Origin: an uncultured Chloroflexia bacterium
Lineage (GTDB): Bacteria; Chloroflexota; Limnocylindria; Limnocylindrales; CSP1-4
DNA: 64,000 nucleotides
Direction: 5' to 3'
NCBI GenBank assembly: GCA_963748625.1
Contig: CAVVJT010000003.1
Location: forward strand, 128,001 to 192,000
The notes under the pieces were generated by a model. The model did no database searches. It saw nothing but the letters and a program-made list of their open reading frames with translations, and was not told the origin of the DNA. This document shows, one piece after another, positions 31,101-39,863 of the stretch. The translations under genes were made by a program, and so were the position numbers. Within the stretch, counting starts at the first letter, position 1, and each line of letters opens with the position of its first letter.

Positions 31101-32148
31101 GCCGGGCGCAGGTGTGGCCGCTGCCGGCGGAGATCGTGGTCACGCCGGTCAGGACGCCGGTGTTGCCCACGTTCCGGACCGCGACCGGGAGGGACCGGCC
31201 GGTGGTCGTGCCGTCGCCGAGCTGGCCGTAGGTGTTGTCGCCCCAGCAGGTGGCGGTGCCGTCGTCGAGCCGGGCGCAGGTGTGGCTGACGGGACCGGCG
31301 GAGATCGAGGTAACGCCGGTGAGGACGCCGGTGTTGCCCGCGTTCCGGACCGCGACCGGGAGGGATCGGCTGGTGGTCGTGCCGTCGCCGAGCTGGCCGC
31401 TGACATTCCAGCCCCAGCAGGCGGCGGTGCCGGCGTCGAGCCGGGCGCAGGTGTGGCCGTCTTGGGTGGAGATCGCGGTCACGCCGGTGAGGACGCCGGT
31501 GTTGCCCGCGTTCCGGACCGCGACCGGGAGGGACCGGTCGGTCCTCGTGCCGTCACCGAGTTGGCCGTCCCCGTTGTCGCCCCAGCAGGCGGCGGTGCCG
31601 GCGTCGAGTCGGGCGCAGGTGCCGTCGTAGCCGGCGGAGATCGAGGTAACGCCGGTGAGGACGCCGGTGCCGGCGGGGTTGCGCACCGTGACGGGCAGGG
31701 CCCGGTCGGTGGTTGTACCGTCGCCGAGCTGACCGTATTCGTTGTCGCCCCAGCAGACGGCGGTGCCATCGTCGAGGCGGGCGCACGTGTGGCCATAGCC
31801 GCCACCGGTGGAGATGGAGGTCACGCCGGTGAGGACGCCGGTGTTGCCTGCGTTCCGGACCGCGACCGGGAGGGACCGGTCGGTGGTCGTGCCGTCGCCG
31901 AGCTGGCCGCTCCAGTTGTCGCCCCAGCAGGCGGCGGTGCCATCGTCGAGGCGGGCGCAGGTGTGGAGGTATGTCGCTGACACCTGCGTGACGGCCGGCC
32001 CACCCGCCACCAGCGGGAGTCCAACAGTCGGGGACGTGGCCGCGGGAGCCGCGCTGCCTTGCACCGCGGGCGCTGCCGCTCCAACCAAGGCGCCGAAGGC
32101 CATCAGCACCACCAGCCGCATCGGCATCGAAGTGCGCCTGGCGTTCAT
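28168..32148 (-). CDS. Giant secreted protein: 7x RCC1, IPT/TIG, alpha/beta-hydrolase, Ig/FN3 and a conserved basic C-terminal module (several frameshifts)
   Basis: Pieces lie in ORFs 29968..32247, 29604..30068, 29291..29971, 29041..29388, 26664..28880 (N-part) and 28168..28671. Nucleophile elbow VYLVGHSQGG. Confidence 0.75.
30840..31990 (-). repeat. Seven ~170-177 bp intragenic RCC1 repeats
   Basis: Near-identical DNA encoding TCARLDxGTAxCWGxNxxGQLGDGTTTxRSLPVAVRNAGNTGVLTGVTxIS. Confidence 0.92.
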
Positions 32149-32509
32149 CCGCCTGAGTTGCCCAGCGCCGCAGTCACCCCACTCCGTCCCGACTCGCACC
32201 ATGACCCCTGCTCCCCTCACTGTGGCGCCACCTCGCCGCGTCAGCACGGGCAGGCACCGCAGGCATCGCGGTCACGTGCGCGGCCGTCCACCGCCAAACC
32301 CCCTCGTACACGTCTCCCCCTGCGGGTGCGTTCCCGGCATCGTGCATGCTTGGATCACCGCCCTCCCAGTGCCCAACGGCCTCCCGCAACTGCCTGCTGG
32401 TGCTGGTACTGGAAGGACCAGCGATCGCAGAAGATGGAGCGGTCGAGCGCCACCGGGCGGACAACCGCTGGCGCCTGATCGGTCTCGCCACGGTCCGTGG
32501 GCGCACCCG

Positions 32510-33472
32510 CTACGGGACACGGAACGGGAACTCCCACGGGCCCGACAGCCGGACCTGTGTTCCATCCTGCTGATCCCCGACCAATTCGGTGATGACCAGC
32601 GTCCACTCGCCCTCAGCCGGATCGGCCCCTTCCACCGTGCCGGCGATGAGGTCTGCATCCTGGCCCGGTGCCCTGGTCTCCCACGCGAAGTCCATGGTCT
32701 GCCCGTCGTGCCTGAGGTAGCCGGCCACCCACCAGTCGTCGACGTCGTGCTTCGGCGAGTCGACGTCCAGCCAGGCTCGGGCCATGGTCGGGCTCAGCCA
32801 CACCTCGCTGACGCCGATCGAAGTTCCAGCGACATCCTTGACCTGTGCGACGTCGACGACCGTGCCGACGGGCGGCGGAAGCCGGAAGCGGTACGTCCAG
32901 GCAGGCCCGTCGCGGCCGGTGGTGACCCGGAGCGTGTAGTCACCCTCGGCCGCGGTCGCCGGGCCGAAGGAATAGACCTCGGCGGTGCCGTTTGCCCCGA
33001 CGATGCCGAAGCCCGGCGTTCCCCCTGGCGGCAGTGATACGCCGGCCGGATCCGTGAGGTCCGCGAACATGTCCACGCCGACTGGACCACGACCGTCGGC
33101 TTGCTCGATAGACAGCGCGATGAAGACCTGGTTGATGTCCGCGTAGCCCCGTTCGAGCGTGATGGCGTAGTCACCGTGGACCTGCCGCTCGTTGAACTCG
33201 ACACCAAGGTCCAGCGCGACCGACGTGCCGGGTGTTGCTGACGCGACGAGCTCGATCAGCCGCACGGCGGCGACCGTTGCCCCGGCCAGGACAACGAGCG
33301 CGGCAGCCACGGCCAGCGCGAGGCGGAGGCCACGCCACCGGTGGCGTGACGGCGGGGCAGCCGCCCCCGTGGTCAGGGCCGCGACCCGGCGATCGGCAGC
33401 CTCGAAGCCATCTGCCGGCAGCACCGCGTAGGCCGCCGCGAGCCGATCCTCGAGCGCTCTTGCATCAATCAT
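32510..33472 (-). CDS. Putative single-TM anti-sigma factor (DUF4179-like)
   Basis: Overlaps the ECF sigma stop. Short cytoplasmic N-terminus, one TM and two extracellular Ig-like halves ending in GPxWxFxF. Confidence 0.7.
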   Translation of the reverse strand: MIDARALEDRLAAAYAVLPADGFEAADRRVAALTTGAAAPPSRHRWRGLRLALAVAAALVVLAGATVAAVRLIELVASATPGTSVALDLGVEFNERQVHGDYAITLERGYADINQVFIALSIEQADGRGPVGVDMFADLTDPAGVSLPPGGTPGFGIVGANGTAEVYSFGPATAAEGDYTLRVTTGRDGPAWTYRFRLPPPVGTVVDVAQVKDVAGTSIGVSEVWLSPTMARAWLDVDSPKHDVDDWWVAGYLRHDGQTMDFAWETRAPGQDADLIAGTVEGADPAEGEWTLVITELVGDQQDGTQVRLSGPWEFPFRVP

Positions 33473-34002
33473 TCGAGCGCCTCCCGGAGGGCCTCGAGTC
33501 CACGCTGGATCTGCTTCTGGACCGCCGCCTCGGACTTGCCCAGGACGTGGCCGATCTCCCTGGCGTTGAGCCCGCCCGCATAGCGCAGCCAGATCGCGTC
33601 GCGCTGCACCTCGGGCAGGCCTGCAACCGCGTCGCGCACCTCCTCGTGCGCATGCTGTGCACGGTCGGCTGCGGCTTGCCGGGGATCCTCGTGGTCGACC
33701 AACGACAACTCGGGCCGGCGGCGGCGATGGGCGTCGATGGCGGCGTTGCGAGCGATCCGCAGCAGCCAGGCCCCGAGACCGCCGTCACGTGGCCGAAACG
33801 TGTGGCGATTGGCGAATGCCCGCTCGAAGGTGACGGCCGTGAGGTCCAGCGCGTCCTCGTCGGTGGCACCGCGCGCCCGCAGGTAGCGGTAGACCGACAG
33901 CCGGAAGCGCACATAGGCCTCGGCGAACACCGCCGGGTCGCTGATGCCGGTACCGAGCGCGTCGGCATCCACTGCATCATCGACGACCGTCGCTGTGTCC
34001 AC
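33469..34002 (-). CDS. ECF-type RNA polymerase sigma-70 factor
   Basis: VYRYLR...DLTAVTFERAF, WLLRIARNAAID and LPEVQRDAIWLRY..GL..REIG motifs, with RBS GGAGG. Confidence 0.92.
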   Translation of the reverse strand: MDTATVVDDAVDADALGTGISDPAVFAEAYVRFRLSVYRYLRARGATDEDALDLTAVTFERAFANRHTFRPRDGGLGAWLLRIARNAAIDAHRRRRPELSLVDHEDPRQAAADRAQHAHEEVRDAVAGLPEVQRDAIWLRYAGGLNAREIGHVLGKSEAAVQKQIQRGLEALREALE

Positions 34003-34229
34003 CCCACCTCCATGCGCTGCAAAGCGTCTCACACGGACAACGCAGCCCGCCGGCGGAATCGGACAAGCTGCCGGACGCACGCATGTGCGAACCTGGCGCA
34101 CGGTTGCGGCCGAACCCCGAGCGGCTGTACGCGAACAGGCGTGGCGCGTCGCCAGGCCCCTCGACCGCGCAGTTGCGGGGCAGGTCCGCCACGTCGCCGG
34201 GCTTCAGGTGGTCGTGCGACCGCCCGTCG

Positions 34230-34658
34230 TCAACCCTGCTCCGATGCCAGGAGAGCCCCGGCTCGCTCGGCGATGGCGAGCAGGGTCCCGCGCTCATACG
34301 CGGCGGCAATCTCACCGTCGCTGAAGCGCTCGCCGCGGAGAATCGTGGTGAGCAGGTAGACAAGGTCTTCCTGGGTCGCGCCGGCGATCTCCGCCGGGTC
34401 GGCGATGAGCCGCTGCCCCTCCGGCGTGCGCGACCACTGCATCCAGTCGACCGGCCGGACGAGCTCGGCCTGGTACATCTCGGTGACGAATCGATTGATC
34501 TCGTCGGAGTACTCGAACCACGACAGGTGGATCACGCCGGCGGCGTCCGTCTCGCCACCCTCCCAATGCCCGATCGATCCGCGTCGGGCGAACGTGTCGG
34601 CCCAGCCCGCAAGGATGCGCAGGCTGGCAGGTGAGATCTCCACTGGTCCGTCGTGCAT
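34230..34658 (-). CDS. DUF6508-like protein
   Basis: DWMQW...LLTTILRGERFSDG. Confidence 0.65.
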   Translation of the reverse strand: MHDGPVEISPASLRILAGWADTFARRGSIGHWEGGETDAAGVIHLSWFEYSDEINRFVTEMYQAELVRPVDWMQWSRTPEGQRLIADPAEIAGATQEDLVYLLTTILRGERFSDGEIAAAYERGTLLAIAERAGALLASEQG

Positions 34659-34756
34659 GGCTGCCTCGAATCTCCCCGTGCTCAGCTGCCCCCGGATCTC
34701 GCAGGAACAGGTCGCCACATGCTTACCGACCCGGGGCCACACGATATCCTCCCGGC

Positions 34757-35020
34757 ATGGCCGACCTCGTGATCCGCGACTGGGCAGCGCGCCTGCTCGG
34801 TCACCGCCCCGCCGACCTGGACCTCGCCGGCATCGACCACCGCGACGACGGGTTCACCGCGCGCTTCACCGTGGCCGGCGAGGCCGACGGGGTGCGCGTG
34901 GACTGCACGCAGGCTCCCGACGGCAGCTGGCGCATCCACGCCGCCCTGGACAACGAGCACCGGACGAACCTGGCCAGGACCATCGCCTACGGCGACATCG
35001 TGGTGGCACCTCCCCGCTGA
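34757..35020 (+). CDS. Small hypothetical protein (87 aa), leaderless
   Basis: TATCCT -10 six nt before the ATG, with high-GC3 codon usage. Confidence 0.6.
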   Translation: MADLVIRDWAARLLGHRPADLDLAGIDHRDDGFTARFTVAGEADGVRVDCTQAPDGSWRIHAALDNEHRTNLARTIAYGDIVVAPPR

Positions 35021-35067
35021 CGCGAGGCGCGACGCCGCGCCGGGTCCGTCTGGTAGCGTCGGACGTG

Positions 35068-36384
35068 ATGCGCCAGCGCGAGCCCGCCCCCTCCTACAGC
35101 GACCTGTTCAAGATCCCGGGCCTGACCCGGATCCTGATCGGGATGGCGATCTCGCGGATCGGCGGGAGCATGCTGGGCGTGGCGATTGTGCTGTTCGCCC
35201 TCGACCTGTTCGAGTCCCCGGCGATCGCTGGGGCCGTGACGTTCGCCTCGGTCGCGCCCGGCCTGTTCGTGAGTCCCATCGTGGGCGCACTCCTCGACCG
35301 GCACGGCCGGACGCGCCTGATCATCCTGGACCAGCTCGTGGGCGCAGTGGCACTGCTGCTGATCGCCTGGCTCGCGGTGGCCGGGAGCCTGACCCCGGTG
35401 GGGATGGTGCTGATCACGGCGGTCGCCGGGCTCACCGCGCCGCTGTCGGCGGTCGGGCTGCGCACGCTCTTCCCGATCCTGGTGCCCAAGCCGCTCTGGG
35501 AGCGGGTGAACGCGGTGGACTCCAACGGCTACGTCGTGGCGACGCTCGTGGGGCCGCCGCTGGCCGGCGTGCTCTTCCAGGTCGTCGGCGGCGCGGCGAC
35601 GATGACGGTGATCGCGGTCCTGTACGGGGTGTCGGCCATCGTGTTCATCGGGGTACCCGATCCGCGCACCCAGGTCGTGAGCACGGGGCGGCTCCTCGTG
35701 GACTCCTGGCGGGGGCTCGTCTACACGCTGAAGAACCCCACGCTGCGCGGCCTTGGGGTGTCGCTCTCGGTGCTCAACCTCGGCTGGGGGATCGTGACGA
35801 TCCTGCTGCCGGTGCTGCTGCTGGACCAGCTGGGCTACGGCCCGGCGGTGGTGGGCGCGGTCTGGGCGGTGTCGGGGATCACGGGCGGCATCGGGGCGCT
35901 GGTGGCGGGCCGCTGGCGCATCTTCGGGCGGGAGCGGGCGATGCTCGTCTGGACGATGGCAGGCATGGCGCTCTGCCTCGTCGGGTTCCTCGTCTCCCCC
36001 ACCCTGCCGGTGATCGTGGTGGTGATGGCGATCGCGGGCTTTCTCAACGGGCCGATGGACGTGGCGCTGTTCACCCTCCGTCAGCGTCGGACCGACCCGG
36101 CCTGGATGGGCCGTGCGTTCGCGGTGTCGATGTCGATCAACTTCATGGGCTACCCGTTCGGCGCGGCGCTTGGCGGTGCGCTGGTGACCGTCGGGATCCC
36201 GATCACGATCGCGACCGCGGCGGCGCTCACGGGGCTTGCGGCGGTCCTGGGCGCCGTGATGCTGCCGGGCGGAAGCGCGTCGAAGGGGACGCCGGACGCC
36301 GCGCCAGCACCGGACCTAGCGGGCGGTGATACCGGTGAAGGTGCCGCCCTCGTCGCGGACCATGCGCCGGACCTCCATGACTGA
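35068..36384 (+). CDS. MFS transporter (DHA3-like)
   Basis: About 12 TMs, GALLDRHGR motif A and QRRTDPAWMGRAF. Confidence 0.88.
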   Translation: MRQREPAPSYSDLFKIPGLTRILIGMAISRIGGSMLGVAIVLFALDLFESPAIAGAVTFASVAPGLFVSPIVGALLDRHGRTRLIILDQLVGAVALLLIAWLAVAGSLTPVGMVLITAVAGLTAPLSAVGLRTLFPILVPKPLWERVNAVDSNGYVVATLVGPPLAGVLFQVVGGAATMTVIAVLYGVSAIVFIGVPDPRTQVVSTGRLLVDSWRGLVYTLKNPTLRGLGVSLSVLNLGWGIVTILLPVLLLDQLGYGPAVVGAVWAVSGITGGIGALVAGRWRIFGRERAMLVWTMAGMALCLVGFLVSPTLPVIVVVMAIAGFLNGPMDVALFTLRQRRTDPAWMGRAFAVSMSINFMGYPFGAALGGALVTVGIPITIATAAALTGLAAVLGAVMLPGGSASKGTPDAAPAPDLAGGDTGEGAALVADHAPDLHD

Positions 36385-36657
36385 TGACGGATCCACCGGC
36401 CCGTAGATGTGCGGGTACGGGCTGCCAGGCTCGTCGAAGCGCCATGGGCTGCCCGTCTGCTCGAGATCCAGCGTTAGCAGCAGGAACGGGCGCGGATCGC
36501 CGCGGTAGAACCGGTTGGCGACCACGACCATCTCGGCGTCCCCGTCCGTGCAGTGGATGAACCCGTCCTCTTCGTAGGCGGCCGGCAGATACGGCGCGGC
36601 CGGATCGCGCGCGTCCCACGTCGCCTCAGGCACGAGGTGGAGCGTGGGCCGTGTCAC
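36316..36657 (-). CDS. DUF952 domain protein
   Basis: [14 protein letters not shown] and YPHIYGP motifs. Confidence 0.88.
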   Translation of the reverse strand: MTRPTLHLVPEATWDARDPAAPYLPAAYEEDGFIHCTDGDAEMVVVANRFYRGDPRPFLLLTLDLEQTGSPWRFDEPGSPYPHIYGPVDPSSVMEVRRMVRDEGGTFTGITAR

Positions 36658-38771
36658 GCGTCGGCAGCCACGGCGGGAAGGTCCACGCTCATCCAGCGCC
36701 GGTCGAGCGCCACCTGGATCACCGTTGACGCCGAGGCGGCGAGCGCCGTCCGCAGCGCCGCCTCGAAGGTTGCGTCGCTGTCCACCCGCACGCCGCGGGC
36801 ACCGCAGGCACGGGCGGCAGCGGCGAAGTCCACCGGGCCCAGGTCCGTTCCCGGCGCCGTGGGACTGCCCATGCGGTCCTGGTAGCCGCGGATCATGCCG
36901 TAGCGCTCGTTGTCGAACACGATCGCCACGACGTGCGCCCCCTCACGCACGGCCGTCTCCAGCTCGGCGAGCGTCATGCCCATCCCGCCATCGCCCACGA
37001 GGGCGACCACGCGCCGCTCGCGATGGACGAGGGCTGCCGCGAGTGCAGCCGGGAACCCATAGCCCATGGCGCCCGAGGTGGGGCCAAGGAACGTGCCCGG
37101 ACGCTTGAACCGGAAGCCGCGCGCGGCCCAGCCAGCGAACGAACCGGCGTCGGTGGTGAGAATGGCGTCATCGGGAAGCAGGCGCCGCAGGACCGCGACG
37201 ATGCGGCCCGGGTGCACGCCCGGACCGGTCCAGGCGCCGGCGTCCACCACGGTCGCCGCCTCCCAGGCTGCCCGGTCCACGGCATTGTGCGCATCGCGAG
37301 CGGCAAGCGGCTCCGCGAGCAGCACGCCGTCCTTCAGGCGTGCGACGGCCGCCCGCAGGAACGCGCGGGCATCGGCGCGGATCGCGCGTTCGGGCGCCTC
37401 GGCGAAGCCCACCGGCCCCGTCCGCGGCTCCAGGTCCACGTGCATCCAGCGCTGGCCCATGGACGGGATCCGATACTCGAAGCTCGTGGGCTCGTTGAGC
37501 CGGGAACCGACGACCAGCAGCGCATCCGCCGCCTCGAGGCGCTCGCGGACGACCCGCGGGCTGCCGAAGCCCGTCATGCCCAAATACAGCGGGTGATCGT
37601 TGGGGATCACGTCGCCGCGCCGCCAGGAGGCGATCACAGGGACGTGGAGCAGCTCCGCGAGCCGCACGAGGTCGTTGGAGCACCGGGCACGCAGGACACC
37701 GGCTCCCGCGAGGATCACCGGGCGCTCCGCGCCGGCCAGGAAGTGCAGGGCGGCGCGGATGTCCGCGGCCGTCGGCGTCTCCGGATGCGGACGCACCACC
37801 GGTGCCTTCGTCCCCTCCGGGATGGCCAGGTCCAGGACATCCTCGGGCAGGGCGAGGAACGCCGGACCCGGGCGGCCCTCCACTGTGGCCCTGACCGCGG
37901 CCTCCAGCGTGGCGGCGGCAGTAGCCGGGTCGTCGATCCGGCCCGCCCACTTGGCGAGGCCGCCGACGGTGCCGACCAGGTCCACCTCCTGGAATGCCTC
38001 CCGACCGGCCAGTCCGCGGGCGACGTCGCCCACGAGGACGAACATGGAGGTGGAGTCGGCGGTGGCGGTGTGGATACCGATGGACAGGTTGGCCGCGCCC
38101 ACGGCGCGGGTGCCGAGGCAGGCGGCCGGACGGCCGGTGAGCTGGCCGTAGGCCTCGGCGGCGAAGGCGGCGGCACCCTCGTGGCGGGTGGGCACGATGC
38201 GGATCCCCGCAGCGACGAGCGCATCGAGGACGGGCAGGAAGCTCTCCCCGGGGACCGTGAAGGCCATGCGGACGCCGGCGGCGCGCAGGGTGGCTGCGAC
38301 CAGCTCGGCTACCGTGGCCGGCTCGGCCTGCGGGCCGGCGGCGTCATCGGCGTCGTGGTGGGGCTCGCCGTTGTGGTCGGCGGCTGGCGCAGCGGGTTCG
38401 GGTTCGTGCTCGACGTCACCGGCGGCCGGGGCATCGACGATCTCGGCCTCGACCACGGGCGCGGGTGCCTCGGACGCGGCCACGGGCTCAGGCTCGGCGA
38501 CCGGCTCGGGCGCCTGCGCGGGCTCGGGCTCCGGCTCGACAGCGGGCTCGGACTCCGGCTCGACAGCGGGCTCGGGCTCCGGCTCGACAGCGGGCTCGGG
38601 CTCCGGCTCGACAGCGGGCTCGGGCTCCGGCTCGACAGCGGGCTCGGACTCCGGCTCGACAGCGGGCTCGGGCTCGGGTGCCTCCACCTCGGCAGTCGGC
38701 TCCACCTCGGGAGACGGATCTGCGCCGACCTCGGCGACCTGCTCGACCGGCTCGTCCTGCTGCGGGTGCAT
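36654..38771 (-). CDS. Thiamine pyrophosphate-dependent enzyme (acetolactate synthase-like) with acidic repetitive N-terminal extension
   Basis: [24 protein letters not shown] and GDGG...N TPP motif. Strong RBS GAGGAGG before ATG 38771. Confidence 0.88.
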   Translation of the reverse strand: MHPQQDEPVEQVAEVGADPSPEVEPTAEVEAPEPEPAVEPESEPAVEPEPEPAVEPEPEPAVEPEPEPAVEPESEPAVEPEPEPAQAPEPVAEPEPVAASEAPAPVVEAEIVDAPAAGDVEHEPEPAAPAADHNGEPHHDADDAAGPQAEPATVAELVAATLRAAGVRMAFTVPGESFLPVLDALVAAGIRIVPTRHEGAAAFAAEAYGQLTGRPAACLGTRAVGAANLSIGIHTATADSTSMFVLVGDVARGLAGREAFQEVDLVGTVGGLAKWAGRIDDPATAAATLEAAVRATVEGRPGPAFLALPEDVLDLAIPEGTKAPVVRPHPETPTAADIRAALHFLAGAERPVILAGAGVLRARCSNDLVRLAELLHVPVIASWRRGDVIPNDHPLYLGMTGFGSPRVVRERLEAADALLVVGSRLNEPTSFEYRIPSMGQRWMHVDLEPRTGPVGFAEAPERAIRADARAFLRAAVARLKDGVLLAEPLAARDAHNAVDRAAWEAATVVDAGAWTGPGVHPGRIVAVLRRLLPDDAILTTDAGSFAGWAARGFRFKRPGTFLGPTSGAMGYGFPAALAAALVHRERRVVALVGDGGMGMTLAELETAVREGAHVVAIVFDNERYGMIRGYQDRMGSPTAPGTDLGPVDFAAAARACGARGVRVDSDATFEAALRTALAASASTVIQVALDRRWMSVDLPAVAADA
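38521..38678 (-). repeat. 24-bp tandem repeat x6.5 encoding AVEPE(P/S)EP
   Basis: GGCTCGG(G/A)CTCCGGCTCGACAGCG repeated. Confidence 0.92.
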
Positions 38772-38852
38772 CGACGACCTCCTCGTGCCGGCCGGGACGG
38801 CGGTCCGCCCGGGGCCGGTGTCTGCGGATGGGGGCTGGGTCTGCTGCGGAGT

Positions 38853-38963
38853 CTACGTGGCCGGGCCGACCATCGCGGTCGCCATCGTGCCGAACAGCAA
38901 GGCCGCGACCACGACGATCGCGACGAGGATCATGATCTTGCGAGCCGCGCCTGCGCCGGGCAT
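38853..38963 (-). CDS. 36-aa single-TM microprotein
   Basis: MPGAGAARKIMILVAIVVVAALLFGTMATAMVGPAT*, with RBS GGAGG directly following the yajQ stop. Confidence 0.7.
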   Translation of the reverse strand: MPGAGAARKIMILVAIVVVAALLFGTMATAMVGPAT

Positions 38964-38972
38964 CGTGGCCTC

Positions 38973-39464
38973 CTACCGGTAGTTTTCGAACTGGAGCGGC
39001 ACGACCTCGTCGAGCTCGCGCAGCCAGGCGATCACCCGCTGCAGCTCATCCTTGGACTTGCCGACGACACGGATCGCGTCGCCCTGGATACGCGGCTGGA
39101 TCTTCGGGAACTCGTCACGGATCTGCTTGACGAGCTTCCGTGCGAGGTCGTCCGGGAGGCCGCGCCGCAGCGTGATCTCCTGGCGCACCTTGTTGCCGCC
39201 GGACGGGACCACGTCGCCCCAGTCGAAGATCTTGAGCGAGAGGTTGCGCCGCACGGCCTTCGACTCGAGCAGGTCGCGGATCGCGCGCGCCCGCATGTCA
39301 CTGTCGGTGACCAGGACGATGCGGTCCTTCTCCTGGGTCAGCTCCACGTGCGCGCCCTTGAAGTCGTAGCGCTGCTGCACCTCGCGCCTCACCTGGTCCA
39401 GCGCGTTGCGGAGCTCCTGCTCATCGAAGTCCGACACGACGTCGAACGAGACCTCGCCCGCCAT
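38973..39464 (-). CDS. yajQ: YajQ family nucleotide/c-di-GMP-binding protein
   Basis: SFDVVS..D.QELRNALDQ..RE...RYDFKG, IQGDAIRV.GKSKDELQ and PLQFENYR. Confidence 0.95.
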   Translation of the reverse strand: MAGEVSFDVVSDFDEQELRNALDQVRREVQQRYDFKGAHVELTQEKDRIVLVTDSDMRARAIRDLLESKAVRRNLSLKIFDWGDVVPSGGNKVRQEITLRRGLPDDLARKLVKQIRDEFPKIQPRIQGDAIRVVGKSKDELQRVIAWLRELDEVVPLQFENYR

Positions 39465-39476
39465 CGACCCTCCTTG

Positions 39477-39863
39477 TCAGCCCGCGAGGTGCTCGCGGGA
39501 CACCGTCCACAGCTTCAGGCGCTCGATGCGCCCGTCCTCCCCCATCTCGGCGGAGAGGAACCCTGCCTGCCGGACCTTCGCCTCGTCGGCGTTCCTGGTC
39601 CAGCTGGCGTGCCATGCGGCCAGCACGGTCGAGCCGGACACCCAGTGCCGCTCGATCGCGAGGTCGAACCATCGTTCGGCCTCCGCCGCGTCGTTCAAGT
39701 ATGCGCGGAGGGCATTGTGCCCGACCAGCGGCGCCTCGAACGGGTCGATCACCACGTCGCAGGTCTCGGTGAACTGGTCCACCAGGGCATCGCCCAGGTA
39801 CTGCATGCGTGCCTCGACGAGGCGGCCGAGCAGGTCGTGTGCCTCGGCATAGGTGATGTTCAC
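39477..39863 (-). CDS. NTF2/SnoaL-like protein
   Basis: FTETC....PF..P..G..AL.AY and GRIERL patterns, in an operon. Confidence 0.75.
   Translation of the reverse strand: MNITYAEAHDLLGRLVEARMQYLGDALVDQFTETCDVVIDPFEAPLVGHNALRAYLNDAAEAERWFDLAIERHWVSGSTVLAAWHASWTRNADEAKVRQAGFLSAEMGEDGRIERLKLWTVSREHLAG

Noticed and set aside
30840-31990. Regular repeats with variable inserts considered as a CRISPR array or DGR
   Set aside because: The repeats are ~170 bp, in-frame and encode RCC1 blades. There are no cas or reverse transcriptase genes in the window.
32370-32495. CWCWYWK...ADNRWRL fragment reminiscent of a GNAT N-terminus
   Set aside because: It is too short, split over frames and has no start signal, so at best it is an unprovable remnant.
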